Positions 38,371-47,715 of a stretch of 64,000 bases of DNA are shown in pieces. Positions within the stretch are counted from its first letter, which is position 1. Each line of letters starts with the position of its first letter. This stretch comes from Candidatus Delongbacteria bacterium. GTDB lineage: Bacteria; CAIWAD01. Below the pieces are notes generated by a model. That model was not told the DNA's origin and did not search any database. It saw only the letters and a list, made by a program, of their open reading frames with translations. The position numbers and the translations under genes were made by a program. The DNA is taken from positions 659,258-723,257 of the forward strand of contig JACKCN010000001.1 in the NCBI GenBank assembly GCA_020634015.1, in the 5' to 3' direction.

Positions 38371-41045
38371 TTGCGGGTCCCTCCACCGGCTGGAGTGGGC
38401 CGGGCGGGCAACTCCACCGAATTCCCCGGGGGAGATGTGCGGGGTGTCACACCGGGTTGAGGCTGCGGTCGGGGCATCGGTGTCTGCCGTCCGGCGGCCC
38501 CACCGGGTCGCATGCCACCGGGGAAGCGCGGTGGCCCCCCGGGTTGCCCCGCAGTGCTGGAGTGGATCTGGGGCAGATTGAACATGCCATACACCAACTG
38601 CTGACGTTTGTTCAGGCGGTCCGGCGGCAGGTCCGGCCCCGGAGTCAGGACTCGGTTCAGACTGTCGGAGTACTGTTCCATCCACGCACGCAGGGCGGGA
38701 GCCACTGGAGTGGGGCGCTGCTGGGGTTGCATGGAATCAAGGAACCGGCGTGCCGTGTTGAGGGGCCGCCCGTTGCGTTGCGAGCCCTCGAGACTCCACT
38801 TGGTCAGCAGGTGTTCGTCGCCCATGATGCTGACCATGCCCTTGCCGATGTGCTTCATGCCCACGATGGGATAGTCCCAACAACTGATCAGGGTATCCAG
38901 AGCGCCTTCAGTACTCATCACGGGCCAGGCCTCGTAGAACTGGAATTCGGCCGGCGTGCCCTGGCGCGTGCGGCTCTCGGGAGCCGTTCCAAGCGGCGTA
39001 TCACCAATATCCAGCTGAAGTTCCTCGAGCAGAGGCAGCAGTGCATCCCGGCGGCGCCAGTCTCCGGCGATCATCAGCCTGCCCCCATTCTCGACCCAGG
39101 TACGCAACTGGCGCGATTCACGCGGCGTCCAGCGGCGTGCGCTGCCATTCACCAGAAACCAGTGACACCCCTCGAGCTGGCGCACATCGAAATCCCAGAG
39201 AAAGAGCGGCAGCTTGTTGGAATTGTAACACGCCTCCACCAAGGACATCACACTCCAATCCATCGTGCTGCTGCTGTGGAAGGATGGCAGATGAGAATAG
39301 TCGATCCAGCAGATCGCCTCCTTGCGCACAGCCACTGGGCTGGCCTGACTGCCCTGAACCCAGGCGGCCGCCAGCAGCATGCCCGAGGCCGGCAAGGCCC
39401 AGGCCAGCAGACTGCGAACACGCCCATCGGCCAGCAGCAGGGGCAACGCGACCATCAACAGCAACCAGCCCAGCAGGGGCCAGACCGGGTGGCGTCCGAA
39501 GACGGGATGGGCCAGCAACCCGCGCACCAGATTCAGATGGAACGGCCAGACCTGGGGCGTGCTCAGGCTCATCAGGCCAGAGGTATCTCCGATGGCGCAG
39601 ATCACACCACTGCCGCGAGCCTGGCTGGCGACCAACACGATGCTGCCGAAGCGCTCGTCCCAGCCGTAGCGGTTGTCACCCATCTTGCCGCGAGGGTTGT
39701 CCGGATTGCCCCGGTCGGAAAAGGCCATGGTGCCCACAATCATTGGCTGGGCAGGCCATCCGGTCTGCAGCGAACCGCCGATGCTGATTCCCAGCTGCTG
39801 GGCATTGCGCATCCCGCGGGTCGTGGGGCCGGGCAGGTATCGTTGCACATGATTCCAGTTCCAGCCGCGCCAGGCGGGAATCGCGCTGTCGTCCTTGAGT
39901 CTCATGCTGGTTTCGCGCAGCAGGTCGTTCACACCCGAACGGATGTCATTGACGTTGGTGTGTTCGCCCACCAGCACCAGCGCGCCGCCATTGTCGGTCC
40001 ACTCCATCAGGGTGTCACGCAGTTCACGGGGCAGGGGCTCGGTGGGATGGATCACGAAGACCAGGTCGTAGTCATCTGCGCGTCGCTGGAGTTCCTCGTC
40101 CTTGAGAATGTCCACCCGGGCGCCCCAACGCTTCAGCACCTCCAGCAGCCCACCCATGCGCGGACCGGGCCGGGTGCCCTCCCGCGTGCTCTCCCAGGAC
40201 CAGTCCCCCTCCTCGCGAAAGGCGATCGTCACCCCGTCAAGAGACGCGCGGGACGCGGGCAGGGCCGCATGCCACACGATCGCCAGTCCAAGCACGGCCA
40301 GCACGGGCAGGGCCCAACCGGGAAGCCGTGCACGGAAGGACGAGGTTCCGGCTGGATTCGCGCGCAGCAGAAGTTCCAGCAGCAGCATGCCGCAGGCGAA
40401 CCAGGCCAGGGGGAAGAGGTCGATGTTCGCCGGTGGCACATCAAGTGATCCGATCCAGACCCCCATCGCGATCAGTCCGCCCAGCAGGGCACTGGTTCCG
40501 GCCAGCACACTGCGCGAAGCCCGCAGGACAAGTCCCGCCAGCAGCCGGATTGCGAAATGGAACACCAGCAGGAACACTCCCGTGCTGTCGCCCCACTGCA
40601 GATTGCGATCCGCCAGAGAGCCCAGGAATCCGGTGACATGCAGCGAAAGCCAGTCGGAGAGCCAGAAAAGCTGTGGTGTCGAGAACAGCAGACTGCCCGC
40701 GGCCGCCAGAAGCATCACGACCGCGGGATGGCGCAGGCCTGGATGCCGCAGAAAAAGGAACACGGCCAGTGGCAGCAGAAAGAAGGCACTCAGGCCGGGC
40801 ACGCTGAAGAACACGACCAGCAAGGCGGGAATCGCCCAGAGATCGTGGCGGCTTCCTTGCAGAGGAAGCAGTGCCAGCAGGGTACCGGGCAGCAACAGCA
40901 GCAGGGCAAGGGGGAGTGCACTGGTGCTGTGCAGCACGGGCAGCCAGCCACCGGCGACGAGAGTGCCCAGCCCCAGCAGGAACTCGGCAAGGATGCCCAG
41001 TGGCGACAGGCTGTTCGGGAAAAGGCGCCGAATCATGGTGATCAC
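38367..41045 (-). CDS. Large polytopic membrane protein with two extracytoplasmic GATase1/ThuA-like (DUF4350-like) domains and a Pro-rich C-terminal tail
   Basis: 892 aa. About 8 N-terminal TM helices. DLVFVIHPTEPLPRELRDTLMEWTDNGGALVLVGEHT and RQLRTWVENGGRLMIAGDW repeats. Tail PRPQPQPGVTPRTSPPG. Confidence 0.55.
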   Translation of the reverse strand: MITMIRRLFPNSLSPLGILAEFLLGLGTLVAGGWLPVLHSTSALPLALLLLLPGTLLALLPLQGSRHDLWAIPALLVVFFSVPGLSAFFLLPLAVFLFLRHPGLRHPAVVMLLAAAGSLLFSTPQLFWLSDWLSLHVTGFLGSLADRNLQWGDSTGVFLLVFHFAIRLLAGLVLRASRSVLAGTSALLGGLIAMGVWIGSLDVPPANIDLFPLAWFACGMLLLELLLRANPAGTSSFRARLPGWALPVLAVLGLAIVWHAALPASRASLDGVTIAFREEGDWSWESTREGTRPGPRMGGLLEVLKRWGARVDILKDEELQRRADDYDLVFVIHPTEPLPRELRDTLMEWTDNGGALVLVGEHTNVNDIRSGVNDLLRETSMRLKDDSAIPAWRGWNWNHVQRYLPGPTTRGMRNAQQLGISIGGSLQTGWPAQPMIVGTMAFSDRGNPDNPRGKMGDNRYGWDERFGSIVLVASQARGSGVICAIGDTSGLMSLSTPQVWPFHLNLVRGLLAHPVFGRHPVWPLLGWLLLMVALPLLLADGRVRSLLAWALPASGMLLAAAWVQGSQASPVAVRKEAICWIDYSHLPSFHSSSTMDWSVMSLVEACYNSNKLPLFLWDFDVRQLEGCHWFLVNGSARRWTPRESRQLRTWVENGGRLMIAGDWRRRDALLPLLEELQLDIGDTPLGTAPESRTRQGTPAEFQFYEAWPVMSTEGALDTLISCWDYPIVGMKHIGKGMVSIMGDEHLLTKWSLEGSQRNGRPLNTARRFLDSMQPQQRPTPVAPALRAWMEQYSDSLNRVLTPGPDLPPDRLNKRQQLVYGMFNLPQIHSSTAGQPGGPPRFPGGMRPGGAAGRQTPMPRPQPQPGVTPRTSPPGNSVELPARPTPAGGGTRK

Positions 41046-41407
41046 GGAAAGTTCATCCGGTTTTGTGTGTCAATGGGAATTCTGTCGGGGAGACTGCCTT
41101 GCGCGTTGCAATGTAGAACCTTGACCGGCGCGAAAGAAAACAAAAGCGGAAGTCCCGAGGATCGGCGGTGTCAGCCAGCGGCCGACAAGAGGCCTGTGCG
41201 GGTGAGACCGGACATCTGGATCCATTCCAGGAGCCGCGACTGGCAGCCAGATCCCGGCCAGATCATTGGCCGACAACTTTTCACGGCATTGTGTTGCCCA
41301 TTCTGAAGTCAGGATCTGAATCATTTCATCGTTATCACAACGACAGAAGAGGTGCGGGCGTCAGATTGTTTCGTAACGCGGTAATGATTCAGCAAGCCGA
41401 ATAATTC

Positions 41408-41436
41408 TTGACTTCTACTGTATGGGGCCATACAAT
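41408..41436 (+). promoter_or_regulatory. Sigma-70-like promoter TTGACT-N17-TACAAT for the giant repeat gene
   Basis: TTGACTtctactgtatggggccaTACAAT in the AT-richer intergenic region, about 100 nt upstream of ATG 41538. Confidence 0.5.
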
Positions 41437-41537
41437 GCGCCACAGTGCACCAGCGGCCCCTCCCCCCCGGACTGCCGGTTCTGATCGCTTGCAACACACT
41501 GAACTTGAATTCAATCCGAACCACCGGGAGGTAAACC

Positions 41538-44500
41538 ATGTTTGCCCGTTGGACTCCGCTCACTCTCCTGTCCATGCTCGGTGCGGGACTGCTGATCGCC
41601 TCAGCGCCGTCCCTGCACGCCGCAGGAAAGACGCCCCTCTTCGATTACCAGACCAAATCCACCGTCCAGCGCTTCAACCAGCAGCTGATCAACGTGGAGA
41701 ACGGCAAGTCTGCCGCCGAGGAGGGCAATGCGGTCACCAAGCCAGCCGGGCATGCCACGGCCGGAGACATCACGAATCCGCAGATGGATCCCGCCTGCCA
41801 GACCAACCCACAGTTCGACCCGGCCTGTCAGACCAATCCCGCGACCGATCCGGACTGCGTGACCAATCCGGTCACGGACCCGGCCTGTCGCACGAATCCG
41901 CAGTTCGATCCGACCTGCGTGCCCACCGACCCGGCCGTGGACCCCAATTGCATGACCAATCCGGATTTCGACCCGGCCTGCGTGCCCACCAATCCTCAGA
42001 TCGACCCGACCTGCCAGACCAATCCCGACTACGATCCGGTCTGCGGTCCTACCAATCCGGCCTTCGACCCGACCTGTCAGACCAATCCCGACTGGGATCC
42101 CGATTGCCAACCGACCAATCCCTCCTGGGACCCGATGTGCAACACTAATCCCCAGTACGATCCGACCTGCACCACCGACCCGTCGGTGAATCCTGAGTGT
42201 TACCAGACCAATCCGCAGTATCACTCGGCCTGTCAGACCCAGCCCCAGTGGGACCCCGCCTGCGGCTTCACCGATCCGGCCATGGATCCGAACTGCTTCA
42301 CCAATTCGGCATACATGCCCGAGTGCAGCACCAACCCGCAGTTCGACCCTTACTGCGAGACGAATCCCCAGTACATGGCGGGCTGCGACACCAATCCGAT
42401 CTACAACCCGGATTGCTACACCAACACGTTCTTCGATCCCAGCTGTCTGACTCAGCCAGCCTACGACCCGCACTGCTTCACGAATCCGGTGGACGGAACC
42501 AGCTGCGTGTCTAACCCGCTCTATGATCCGAGTTGCGAGACCAACCCGGTGTATGGCTTCTGCCAGACCAACCCCGACTTCGAACCGGGCTGTGAGACAA
42601 ACCCACTGTACCAGTCTTCCTGCGTGACCAGCACCTACTTTGACCCGTTCTGCCATACCAACCCACAGTATGCGCCGTCCTGTGCCACCAACCCTGAATT
42701 TGACGCGACCTGCAGCACCAACCCGCTGTATTCGCCCAATTGCCTGACGAACCCCGACCTGGATCCGCTCTGCGAGACCAACCCGGCCTGGGGCATTCCG
42801 TGCAGCACCAATCCCCAGTACACGCCCAATTGCGTGACCAACCCGCTGTACCAGAGCGCGTGCGAGACCAACCCGAATTATGTCGAGCATTGCGACACCA
42901 ATCCGGTGTACACACCCAACTGCGAGACCAACCCGATCTGGAGCGAGGCCTGCACCACCAACCCGGACTGGGACTTCTGCCACACCAATCCGCAGTATGG
43001 CCCGACCTGCCAGACCAATCCGCAGTACTTCCCCGAGTGCCAGACCAACCCGGCCTGGTCCAGTGCCTGCTCCACCAATCCGCAGCACGATCCGCATTGC
43101 GAAACCAATCCGGAGTATCAGGCCAACTGCCAGACAAACCCGCTGTTCAATCCGCTGTGCAGCACCGACCCCAGCTTCGATCCGGGCTGCCATACCGATC
43201 CGGATTTCGATCCGGCCTGCTACACCAATATGTGGTACGGTGGGTTCTGCGAGACCAATCCGATCTATGACACTCCCTGTGAGACCAACCCGGCCTGGGG
43301 CTTCTGCACCACAAACCCGACGGTCGAGCCGAATTGCCAGACCAATCCGCAGTACAGCCTGAACTGCAGCACCGATCCGTATTTCGACCCGTCCTGCTAC
43401 ACCAATCCGGCCAGCAGTCCCTTCTGCGTTACAAACCCGGACTACATGGCGGACTGCAACACCAACCCAGTGTACCAGGCAAGCTGCAGCACCAATCCGG
43501 ATTTCGACCCCGATTGCCAGACCAATCCGAGCTGGGGCGGCGACTGCAGCACCAATCCGCAGTACGATCCGGCCTGCCTGACCAATGCGCTGTACGATCC
43601 GGCCTGCCATACCAATCCGTTCTTCGACAGCCACTGCGAGACCAACCCGCAGTACTTCGAGAACTGCAGCACCAACCCGATCTATCAGTCGGGCTGCGAC
43701 ACCAATCCGGACTACGGATTCTGCATCACCAACCCGAACCATTTCCCGGGCTGCCACACCAATCCGCAGTACTATCTGGATTGCAACACCAACCCGAACT
43801 GGGTCTCGACCTGCATGACCAGTCCGCAATTCGACCCGACCTGTCAGGTGACCAATCCGGATCTGTATGCCAACTGCCACACCAACCCGGACTACAGCCC
43901 ACTGTGCCAGATGACCAATCCGGAATACTCCCCGGAATGCCAGACCGATCCGTCCTGGGATCCCACCTGTCTGGACACCAATCCGGTGTTCTCACCGAAT
44001 TGCTACACCAACCCGGTGCATGATCCGACCTGCCTGACACATCCGCAGTTCCAGCCGGAGTGCGAGACCAACCCGCAGTTCCTGCCCGGTTGCGACACCA
44101 ACCCGATCTACAACCCGGATTGCTGGTCGAATCCCTTCTTTGACCCGACCTGTTCGACCAATCCGAACTACGACCCGACCTGCTTCACCAACCCGGTGGA
44201 TGGCACGAGTTGCGTCTCCAACCCGCTCTACAATCCGCAGTGCGATACCAATCCGTCCTGGGGATTCTGCCAGACCGATCCGCAGTACGAGCCCGATTGC
44301 AATACGGATCCGCTCTTCAACCCGACCTGCGTGACCAATCCGTACTTCGATCCTTCGTGCCACACGAATCCGGCCTACACTCCGGATTGCGAGACCAATC
44401 CGCAATACCAGCCGGGATGCGATACCAATCCGCTGTACAACCCGGCCTGCCAGACGCACCCGGACTTCGACCAGCAGTGCCAGACCAATCCGGCCTATGG

Positions 44501-45986
44501 CGTGATCTGCGATACCAATCCGCAGTACAGTCCGAATTGCGAGACCAATCCGTTCTACGCGGCGGATTGCGCCACCAACCCGCAGTTCGACACCTTCTGC
44601 GAGACGAATCCGCAGTACACCCCGAACTGCTCGACCAACCCGCTCTTCGATTACAGCTGCGAGACCAATCCGGCCTGGGACTTCTGCGTGACCAACACCC
44701 TGTTCGACCCGTCCTGCGACACGAACCCGCAGTACTTCGATCATTGCAACACCAACCCGGTGCACGATCCGCAGTGCCACACCAACCCGCAGTTCGACCA
44801 CCACTGCCAGACCAATCCTGAGTTTGGTCCGGACTGCACGACCAATCCGCTGTGGCAGGTGAGTTGCGAGACCAGTCCCTTCTACGATCCGGGTTGCGTG
44901 ACCCAGCCGGCCTACGACCCGCATTGCTTCACCAACCCCGTGGACGGTACGGTCTGCGACACCAACCCGATCTACCAGCCCGGTTGCGAAACCAATCCGG
45001 CCTATGGGTTCTGCACCACCAACCCGGAATTCGAACCCGGTTGCGAGAGCAATCCGCAGTACAGCCCGTTCTGCACGACCAACCCGAGTCACGATCCGGA
45101 TTGCACGTCAAACCCGGCCTACAGCCCGTTCTGCGACACCAACCCGGCCTACAACCCGGATTGCAGCACCAACCCGATCTACGATCCGGCGGCCTGCCTG
45201 ACGCACCCGGTCTACGATCCGCAGTGCCAGACCAATCCCGACTGGGGTGTGATCTGCACCACGAATCCGACCTACGACCCGGCCTGCATGACCAATACGC
45301 AGTTCGATCCGGCCTGCATGACCAATCCATACCTGGATCCGCATTGCAGCACGAACCCGTCGATTCACCCGGGCTGCAGCACCAATCCGATCTTCAACCA
45401 GAATTGTCAGACCAACCCGGTGCATGGCTTCTGCCTGACCAATCCCTTCTGGCACGGTGGCTGCAACACGAACCCGGCGTTCTATCCGTGGTGCTCGACC
45501 GATCCCACCTGGGATCCGGCCTGCGTCACCAATCCTGCGCTCGATCCGGGCTGCGCCTTCACCGATCCGGCGTTCAATCCCTTCTGCGCGACCAACCCGA
45601 TGTGGGACAACAGCTGCGTGACCCGGCCCCAGTACGACCCGGGCTGCCAGACCAACCCGCATTGGCAGTTGAACTGCTGCATCTCGGTCAGCGAGCTCGA
45701 GATTCAGCTGGTGAACCTTGATCCGGTGATCCAGATCCACTGGAACGATGTGCCGTACGCCACGTCCTATCGGGTCGAGGGACGCCGCGCCACCGGACGC
45801 TGGATCGTGATCGGCGAAACCACCGAGACCTTCATGGACTTCACGCCTCCGCTGACCACGGCCGACGCGGTGTTCAGCTTCCGCGTGATCACCATCTGCC
45901 CGGACCCGCCGATCGAGTCCGATGAAGGCCACCCCGGCCCCCTGGACACACCGGTGCTCCAGCCCGGATATGGTTTCACCCGCTAG
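41538..45986 (+). CDS. Giant secreted Cys-decapeptide tandem-repeat protein (about 130 units C-x-T-N-P-x-[YFW]-[DN]-P-x) with a C-terminal FN3/Ig-like domain
   Basis: Uninterrupted 4449-nt ORF. RBS GGGAGG 7 nt before the ATG. Signal peptide MFARWTPLTLLSMLGAGLLIASAPSLHAAG. 30-nt periodicity across about 3.9 kb with exactly one Cys per unit. C-terminal about 100 aa (IHWNDVPYATSYRVEGRRATGRWIVIGE...) is FN3-like. Terminator follows. Confidence 0.8.
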   Translation: MFARWTPLTLLSMLGAGLLIASAPSLHAAGKTPLFDYQTKSTVQRFNQQLINVENGKSAAEEGNAVTKPAGHATAGDITNPQMDPACQTNPQFDPACQTNPATDPDCVTNPVTDPACRTNPQFDPTCVPTDPAVDPNCMTNPDFDPACVPTNPQIDPTCQTNPDYDPVCGPTNPAFDPTCQTNPDWDPDCQPTNPSWDPMCNTNPQYDPTCTTDPSVNPECYQTNPQYHSACQTQPQWDPACGFTDPAMDPNCFTNSAYMPECSTNPQFDPYCETNPQYMAGCDTNPIYNPDCYTNTFFDPSCLTQPAYDPHCFTNPVDGTSCVSNPLYDPSCETNPVYGFCQTNPDFEPGCETNPLYQSSCVTSTYFDPFCHTNPQYAPSCATNPEFDATCSTNPLYSPNCLTNPDLDPLCETNPAWGIPCSTNPQYTPNCVTNPLYQSACETNPNYVEHCDTNPVYTPNCETNPIWSEACTTNPDWDFCHTNPQYGPTCQTNPQYFPECQTNPAWSSACSTNPQHDPHCETNPEYQANCQTNPLFNPLCSTDPSFDPGCHTDPDFDPACYTNMWYGGFCETNPIYDTPCETNPAWGFCTTNPTVEPNCQTNPQYSLNCSTDPYFDPSCYTNPASSPFCVTNPDYMADCNTNPVYQASCSTNPDFDPDCQTNPSWGGDCSTNPQYDPACLTNALYDPACHTNPFFDSHCETNPQYFENCSTNPIYQSGCDTNPDYGFCITNPNHFPGCHTNPQYYLDCNTNPNWVSTCMTSPQFDPTCQVTNPDLYANCHTNPDYSPLCQMTNPEYSPECQTDPSWDPTCLDTNPVFSPNCYTNPVHDPTCLTHPQFQPECETNPQFLPGCDTNPIYNPDCWSNPFFDPTCSTNPNYDPTCFTNPVDGTSCVSNPLYNPQCDTNPSWGFCQTDPQYEPDCNTDPLFNPTCVTNPYFDPSCHTNPAYTPDCETNPQYQPGCDTNPLYNPACQTHPDFDQQCQTNPAYGVICDTNPQYSPNCETNPFYAADCATNPQFDTFCETNPQYTPNCSTNPLFDYSCETNPAWDFCVTNTLFDPSCDTNPQYFDHCNTNPVHDPQCHTNPQFDHHCQTNPEFGPDCTTNPLWQVSCETSPFYDPGCVTQPAYDPHCFTNPVDGTVCDTNPIYQPGCETNPAYGFCTTNPEFEPGCESNPQYSPFCTTNPSHDPDCTSNPAYSPFCDTNPAYNPDCSTNPIYDPAACLTHPVYDPQCQTNPDWGVICTTNPTYDPACMTNTQFDPACMTNPYLDPHCSTNPSIHPGCSTNPIFNQNCQTNPVHGFCLTNPFWHGGCNTNPAFYPWCSTDPTWDPACVTNPALDPGCAFTDPAFNPFCATNPMWDNSCVTRPQYDPGCQTNPHWQLNCCISVSELEIQLVNLDPVIQIHWNDVPYATSYRVEGRRATGRWIVIGETTETFMDFTPPLTTADAVFSFRVITICPDPPIESDEGHPGPLDTPVLQPGYGFTR

Positions 45987-46012
45987 TCCACACCACAGCC
46001 CACTCAACAGGA

Positions 46013-46045
46013 ACCCCGCCGCGAGGCGGGGTTCTTTCTTTCTTC
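46013..46045 (+). terminator. Rho-independent terminator of the giant repeat gene
   Basis: AACCCCGCC-gcga-GGCGGGGTT followed by CTTTCTTTCTT. Confidence 0.7.
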
Positions 46046-46092
46046 CCTGGATGATCAGGCGGGAGTATTGAAAGTCAGGTGGCAATGCGGGT

Positions 46093-46778
46093 GGCGTCGT
46101 GCCTGCTGCAAGGCCAGCAACCGCCGCTGGCGTCACGCCTGCTGCAAGGCCAGCAACCGCCGCTGGCATCACGCCTGCTGCAAGGCCAGCACCCTCCGCT
46201 GGCATCATGCCTGCTGCAAGGCCAGCAACCGCCGCTGGCAGGACGCCTGCTGCAAGGCCAGCATCCTCCGCTGGCAAAACGCCTGCTGCAAGGCCAGCAT
46301 CCTCCGCTGGCGCCATGCCTGCTGCAAGGCCAGCATCCTCCGCTGGCACGACGCCTGCTGCAAGGCCAGCAACCTCCGCTGGCATCATGCCTGCTGCAAG
46401 GCCAGCATCCTCCGCTGGCAAAACGCCTGCTGCAAGGCCAGCAACCTCCGCTGGCAGGACGCCTGCTGCAAGGCCAGCACCCTCCGCTGGCAAGACGCCT
46501 GCTGCAAGGCCAGCAACCGCCGCTGGCAGGACGCCTGCTGCAAGGCCAGCACCCTCCGCTGGCAAGACGCCTGCTGCAAGGCCAGCAACCGCCGCTGGCG
46601 TCATGCCTGCTGCAAGGCCAGCAACCTCCGCTGGCAGGACGCCTGCTGCAAGGCCAGCAACCTCCGCTGGCAGGACGCCTGCTGCAAGGCCAGCATCCTC
46701 CGCTGGCATCACGCCTGCTGCAAGGCCAGCATCCTCCGCTGGCACAACGCCTGCTGCAAGGCCAGCAACCTCATATCA
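46093..46778. repeat. Near-perfect 33-bp tandem repeat array (about 21 copies), possibly encoding a Pro/Ala/Thr-rich low-complexity peptide
   Basis: Unit cctgctgcaaggccagcaNNcNccgctggcNNNaNg repeated head-to-tail with variation confined to two short patches. All six frames are open across it. The + frame from GTG 46099 reads (PAARPA[TSP][AS]AGxT)n to 46815. Confidence 0.8.
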
Positions 46779-46950
46779 TCTGGGCCCAAGGAATTGGTAT
46801 CGCCGGGAGGGATGAACGATATTCCGCAATCTCATTTCCCGTTCTGGATCATCGGTCCAGAATTGTCCATCAGCTGGCACCTTCTTGCCAGCAATCCAGA
46901 CGGACGCTCACCCCGGAAGTCAACAGCAACCCGCCATCCCGGAGGTACCC

Positions 46951-47616
46951 ATGGATTTCGCGACCCTGCTCAATGTTCTGTTCATGGGAGCGCTCAGCCT
47001 GATAATCTGGCGCAGCTATCTGGGACGGACCTATGCCGCGAGCCAGATCTACCACACCTTCTGGCCGCGCTTTCTGGCCAGTTTTCCTGACAGCGCTGTG
47101 ATCGGCCTGATCAACACGGTTGTGGGCATCCTCCTGGCGCTGCCTGTGACCCAGTTTGTGAATGTGGATGAACAACCCGTCCTGCTCGGGACAGTGGCTG
47201 TCCTGGCGATCTGTATCCAGATCATCATTCCATTCCTCTACACGATCATGATGCATGCTCGTTCAGGGCAGACCGTCGGCAAGATGTTGACCGGAGTACG
47301 GGTCGTGGACGCCATGACAGGAAACCCCATCACCACGAAACAGGCCTGGTTGCGCGATGGCCTGCCTCTCGTGCTCTGGGGACTGGCAATGGTCTACTTC
47401 ACGGTGAACCTGGCGCTTGAATCCAGCGACCTGCAGGCCTTGAAGACGGGAAACATGCTGGACGGACTGATGGTCTTTCTGTCGCTGTCGATGATCTGGT
47501 GGATTCTGGAAATCCTCACGATGTTCAGCAACCCCAAACGACGTGCTCTGCACGACTACATCGCCGGTACGGTTGTGATCCGGATGCACATTCGCGATGA
47601 CTCCTCAGAACAGTGA
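46951..47616 (+). CDS. RDD family membrane protein
   Basis: ATG 46951 with GGAGG RBS. Three or four TM helices. C-terminal HDYIAGTVVI, typical of RDD. Confidence 0.7.
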   Translation: MDFATLLNVLFMGALSLIIWRSYLGRTYAASQIYHTFWPRFLASFPDSAVIGLINTVVGILLALPVTQFVNVDEQPVLLGTVAVLAICIQIIIPFLYTIMMHARSGQTVGKMLTGVRVVDAMTGNPITTKQAWLRDGLPLVLWGLAMVYFTVNLALESSDLQALKTGNMLDGLMVFLSLSMIWWILEILTMFSNPKRRALHDYIAGTVVIRMHIRDDSSEQ

Positions 47617-47715
47617 TGTCCGGAACGGCCACCAAGTCCGACACGGCTCCGGACCAAAGAGAACGGGGTCATCCAGTGGATGGCCCCGTGAGTTTGCAAG
47701 CGGTCATGCGTTGGC

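Noticed and set aside
41601-45330. Long minus-strand ORFs (759, 545, 366 aa and others) antisense to the giant repeat gene
   Set aside because: These are artefacts of the repetitive GC-rich sequence. They are interrupted, lack RBS or signal features, and consist of the mirror repeats RIGxAGRxV. The + frame is continuous, has an RBS, a signal peptide, a promoter and a terminator.
45108-46745. 545-aa minus-strand ORF running through the 33-bp array into the antisense of the giant gene
   Set aside because: It reads across the giant gene's terminator and its antisense. The open frames exist only because the repeat has no stops.
46093-46778. Possible CRISPR array
   Set aside because: The units are contiguous, with no unique spacers, and there are no cas genes.
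46068-47090. 340-aa and 307-aa + frames across the 33-bp array (the CCKASNRRW and LLQGQQPPLA frames)
   Set aside because: Every frame is open across the array and these frames look non-proteinaceous. Only the PA-rich frame is kept as a possibility, inside the repeat feature.
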